From: Heptranchias perlo
Taxonomy: Eukaryota
Reading direction: 5' to 3'
Length of the DNA: 64,000 nt
Assembly (NCBI RefSeq): GCF_035084215.1
Contig: NC_090326.1
Location: 24,862,001-24,926,000 of the forward strand
A program made the translations under genes and the position numbers. Below, piece after piece: positions 61,981-64,000 of the stretch (position 1 is its first letter; each line of letters opens with the position of its first letter). Below the pieces are notes generated by a model. The model saw only the letters and a program-made list of their open reading frames with translations. It was not told the origin of the DNA and did not search any database.

Positions 61981-63826
61981 ATGGAGCAGCACAGGGGCAA
62001 GGCTGCTCCAAGATTCAGTGTCGCCTCACTTGAGGTGCTGCTGGCCGGAGTGAGGGGGAGGAGGGAACTATTTTACCCAGGAGGAAGTGCCCTGCCTCTT
62101 CCACTAAGAAGGCCTCGCTCAAGGTGGCAGAGGAGATCACCAGCAGCAGCAATATCTCCCGCACCTGGGTCCAGTGCAGGCAGCGATTCAATGACCTAAC
62201 TAGGTCAGTAAAAGTGAGTACACTTACTCATTCTCCTACATTCAGTGTTGCACATCACCAACTCCCCCAAACACTCATTCTGCACTGCCAAGACTACTCC
62301 ATCACATCACTCCTCACACCCACTTAAGGCTCATCCTCAACTTACCTGCACTTCCTCACCTCCCCATTAGTCACCCCACCACTACCACTCACCTGATCAA
62401 TGTGATGTCCCTGTCTCATACTCACCCTCTGATGCACCTCTTCCATGGTCAGCCTCACCCAAACCAATGCATTCATCGGCTGACCATTTCGCCATCACTC
62501 ACTCACATGTCTGTACTTTTTCCCCTTGTAGGAGAAGAAAGCGCAAAATGCTCACGAGAGGGCGAGAACTGGAGGGGGGTCTCCACAAATATTGGTCCTC
62601 ACAGAGGCAGAGGAGGAGGCCCTGGAGATCAGCCGCACCCTCGAGTGTCTGTCAGTTGGGGACGCCGAGACTGGCACCCCACAAACATCTGGTGACACAA
62701 CTTTAACATTCATCACACACAACATGAATTGATCACCGGCATCTCCACATCACCGGCATCTCCACATCTCAACATCACCGGCATCTCCACATCATAACAT
62801 GAATTGATGTTAAGATTGATTGGCATGTTGAACACCTCAGTATGCTCATCGCAACATGACACATCTGTGATGATGCTTAATATTGCCCTCTGTTCTTCTA
62901 CAGGCCCTTCAACGACTGCAGTGATGGGAGAGGGCGATTCCTCAGAGTACCTGCCGGCCTCTGAGAGCGCATGGTCATCCACCAGCGCAGATACTCACAC
63001 TCGGTGGGCCCTAGTAGTCAGTTAATTGGGTTGGCACCTGGTGAGCACAAGCAGACACTGGTGGCAGGGGCAACTGTGGAGAGTCCATGTCGGTGGGAGC
63101 ACTCTTCTCCAGGCTCTGCTCAGCTGGACACAGATGCTGAATCCTGGGGGCCATCCTTTTAAAGGAGAATGATCCAGGGACAGCAGTATATTTGAGAGGT
63201 ACTGGAACAGGTGCCATGTACACTCTCCACAATAGCGCAGAGGAGCCCACCTCCTACATTAGTGGAATAGTGGTCCAGGTAAGTGCGGGAATGTCTGTGA
63301 TGGAGGAAAGGCTAGCCTCCATTGAGCTTCAAGCACGGCTCACAAATGAGTCCATTCAGGCCCTGACAACGGCCGTTCGGGCTCAGGGTGAACAACATTA
63401 TGCCGCTGTAAACAGGCTGACAGAAACTTTACAACTAGGCTTCCAAGACTTCACACATGTCCTCCAAACTGTCGTCCAGCAGAGTGGTAGGAGTGATCTG
63501 GGCCTGGCCCAGGGGAGGGATGATGGCGAAAGGGGACATGGAAGTGGGGACACCACTCAAAGCCCTCCCATGTCTCACCCGTTGCCCCCCTCTCAACCAG
63601 TACCCGCAATGCTGCCTCCTCTACAGGTGGCTGAGTCTGCCCCTGCACAAGTGCAGGTGGAGCAGTCTTTGGAGGGGCCCTAACGGGCTCCAAAACCCAG
63701 AGGCGTAGGCCGAAAGCATCTAAGCAGTCAGGGCATGAACATGAGCAACCTGCCACTACCTCTGCTGCAGCCACAAGGGTTGCGCCACGTAAAAGTAGTA
63801 AGAAGAGAAAGGCTAAGGTTTTGTGA
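61981..63826 (+). pseudogene. Decayed 3-exon Harbinger Myb/SANT-like DNA-binding gene (exons ~61981-62213, 62532-62691, 62904-63826)
   Basis: MEQHRGKAAPRFSVASLEVLL..., RTWVQCRQRFNDLTR|gtgagt, ag|EKKAQNAHERARTGGG..LTEAEEEALEI, a coiled-coil-like segment and a basic C-terminus (KSSKKRKAKVL*). Contains frameshifts and stops. Confidence 0.8.
62734..62795 (+). mobile_element. Micro-insertion of tandem PLE 3'-terminal units
   Basis: (CACCGGCATCTCCACAT)x2 + CTCAACAT + CACCGGCATCTCCACATCAT. The unit is identical to the PLE terminus at 4313-4332. TSD AACATGAATTGAT at 62721-62733 and 62796-62808. Confidence 0.85.
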
Positions 63827-64000
63827 TCACGAAGGGTATGCACAAGGGTGTCTGACAGACTGTCATGTTTTTCATTTATATTTGTTTTTTGTTAAATTCA
63901 CATTAAATGTGATCATTCTCACCACCACTGCCACGTACGTCTTGCCCATTCATGACTGGCTTTTGTAATAGTGCCCCTTCATGTGCTTCATCGTGAACGG

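Larger units (their letters stand above)
61721..64000 (+). mobile_element. Left part of a PIF/Harbinger-type DNA transposon, apparently continuing beyond the window
   Basis: GGGGCACAATTTT terminus-like start, GC-rich subterminal region, then a Myb/SANT gene. No transposase is visible within the window. Confidence 0.65.

Noticed and set aside
61546-62199. 217-aa ORF as an intact domesticated host gene
   Set aside because: Only the part from ATG 61981 is Myb-like and it frameshifts near 62080. Downstream exons carry stops.
33468-64000. Further ELMO1 coding exons (next expected VMQVV..; previous ..HHQDAYIR before 8315)
   Set aside because: Not found by eye or in the ORF track; they probably lie outside the window, though a short exon could have been missed.
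1-64000. Remaining 60-190 aa ORFs in the track
   Set aside because: Alternative frames or antisense of repeats, or chance ORFs without recognisable domains or splice support.

Overview
Eukaryotic, repeat-dense vertebrate DNA. The repeat repertoire (CR1/HER1-like, L2, RTE-X-like LINEs, tRNA-derived SINEs, Neptune-type Penelope elements, Harbinger/Myb elements) suggests a cartilaginous fish; this is inference. The window lies inside an ELMO1 gene on the + strand: two phase-compatible coding exons (8315-8423 and 33331-33467) are present and the rest appears intronic. The most unusual content is Penelope-like retroelement (PLE) activity. (1) A 3.6-kb near-perfect palindrome of two 5'-truncated RT+GIY-YIG copies sits inside one 14-bp target-site duplication (TSD), with a hammerhead ribozyme motif on each arm. 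(2) A 62-bp TSD-flanked insertion consists only of tandem copies of that element's last 17-20 nt, resembling telomerase-like repeat addition. (3) A 344-bp non-coding miniature element with inverted ribozyme-bearing ends, from a second PLE-type family, also has a 14-bp TSD. Other content includes Harbinger derivatives carrying a captured CR1 tail, nested insertions and a CR1-derived 49-bp minisatellite. Coordinates were read by eye; boundaries of old repeats are approximate and family names are from recognition, not database search.
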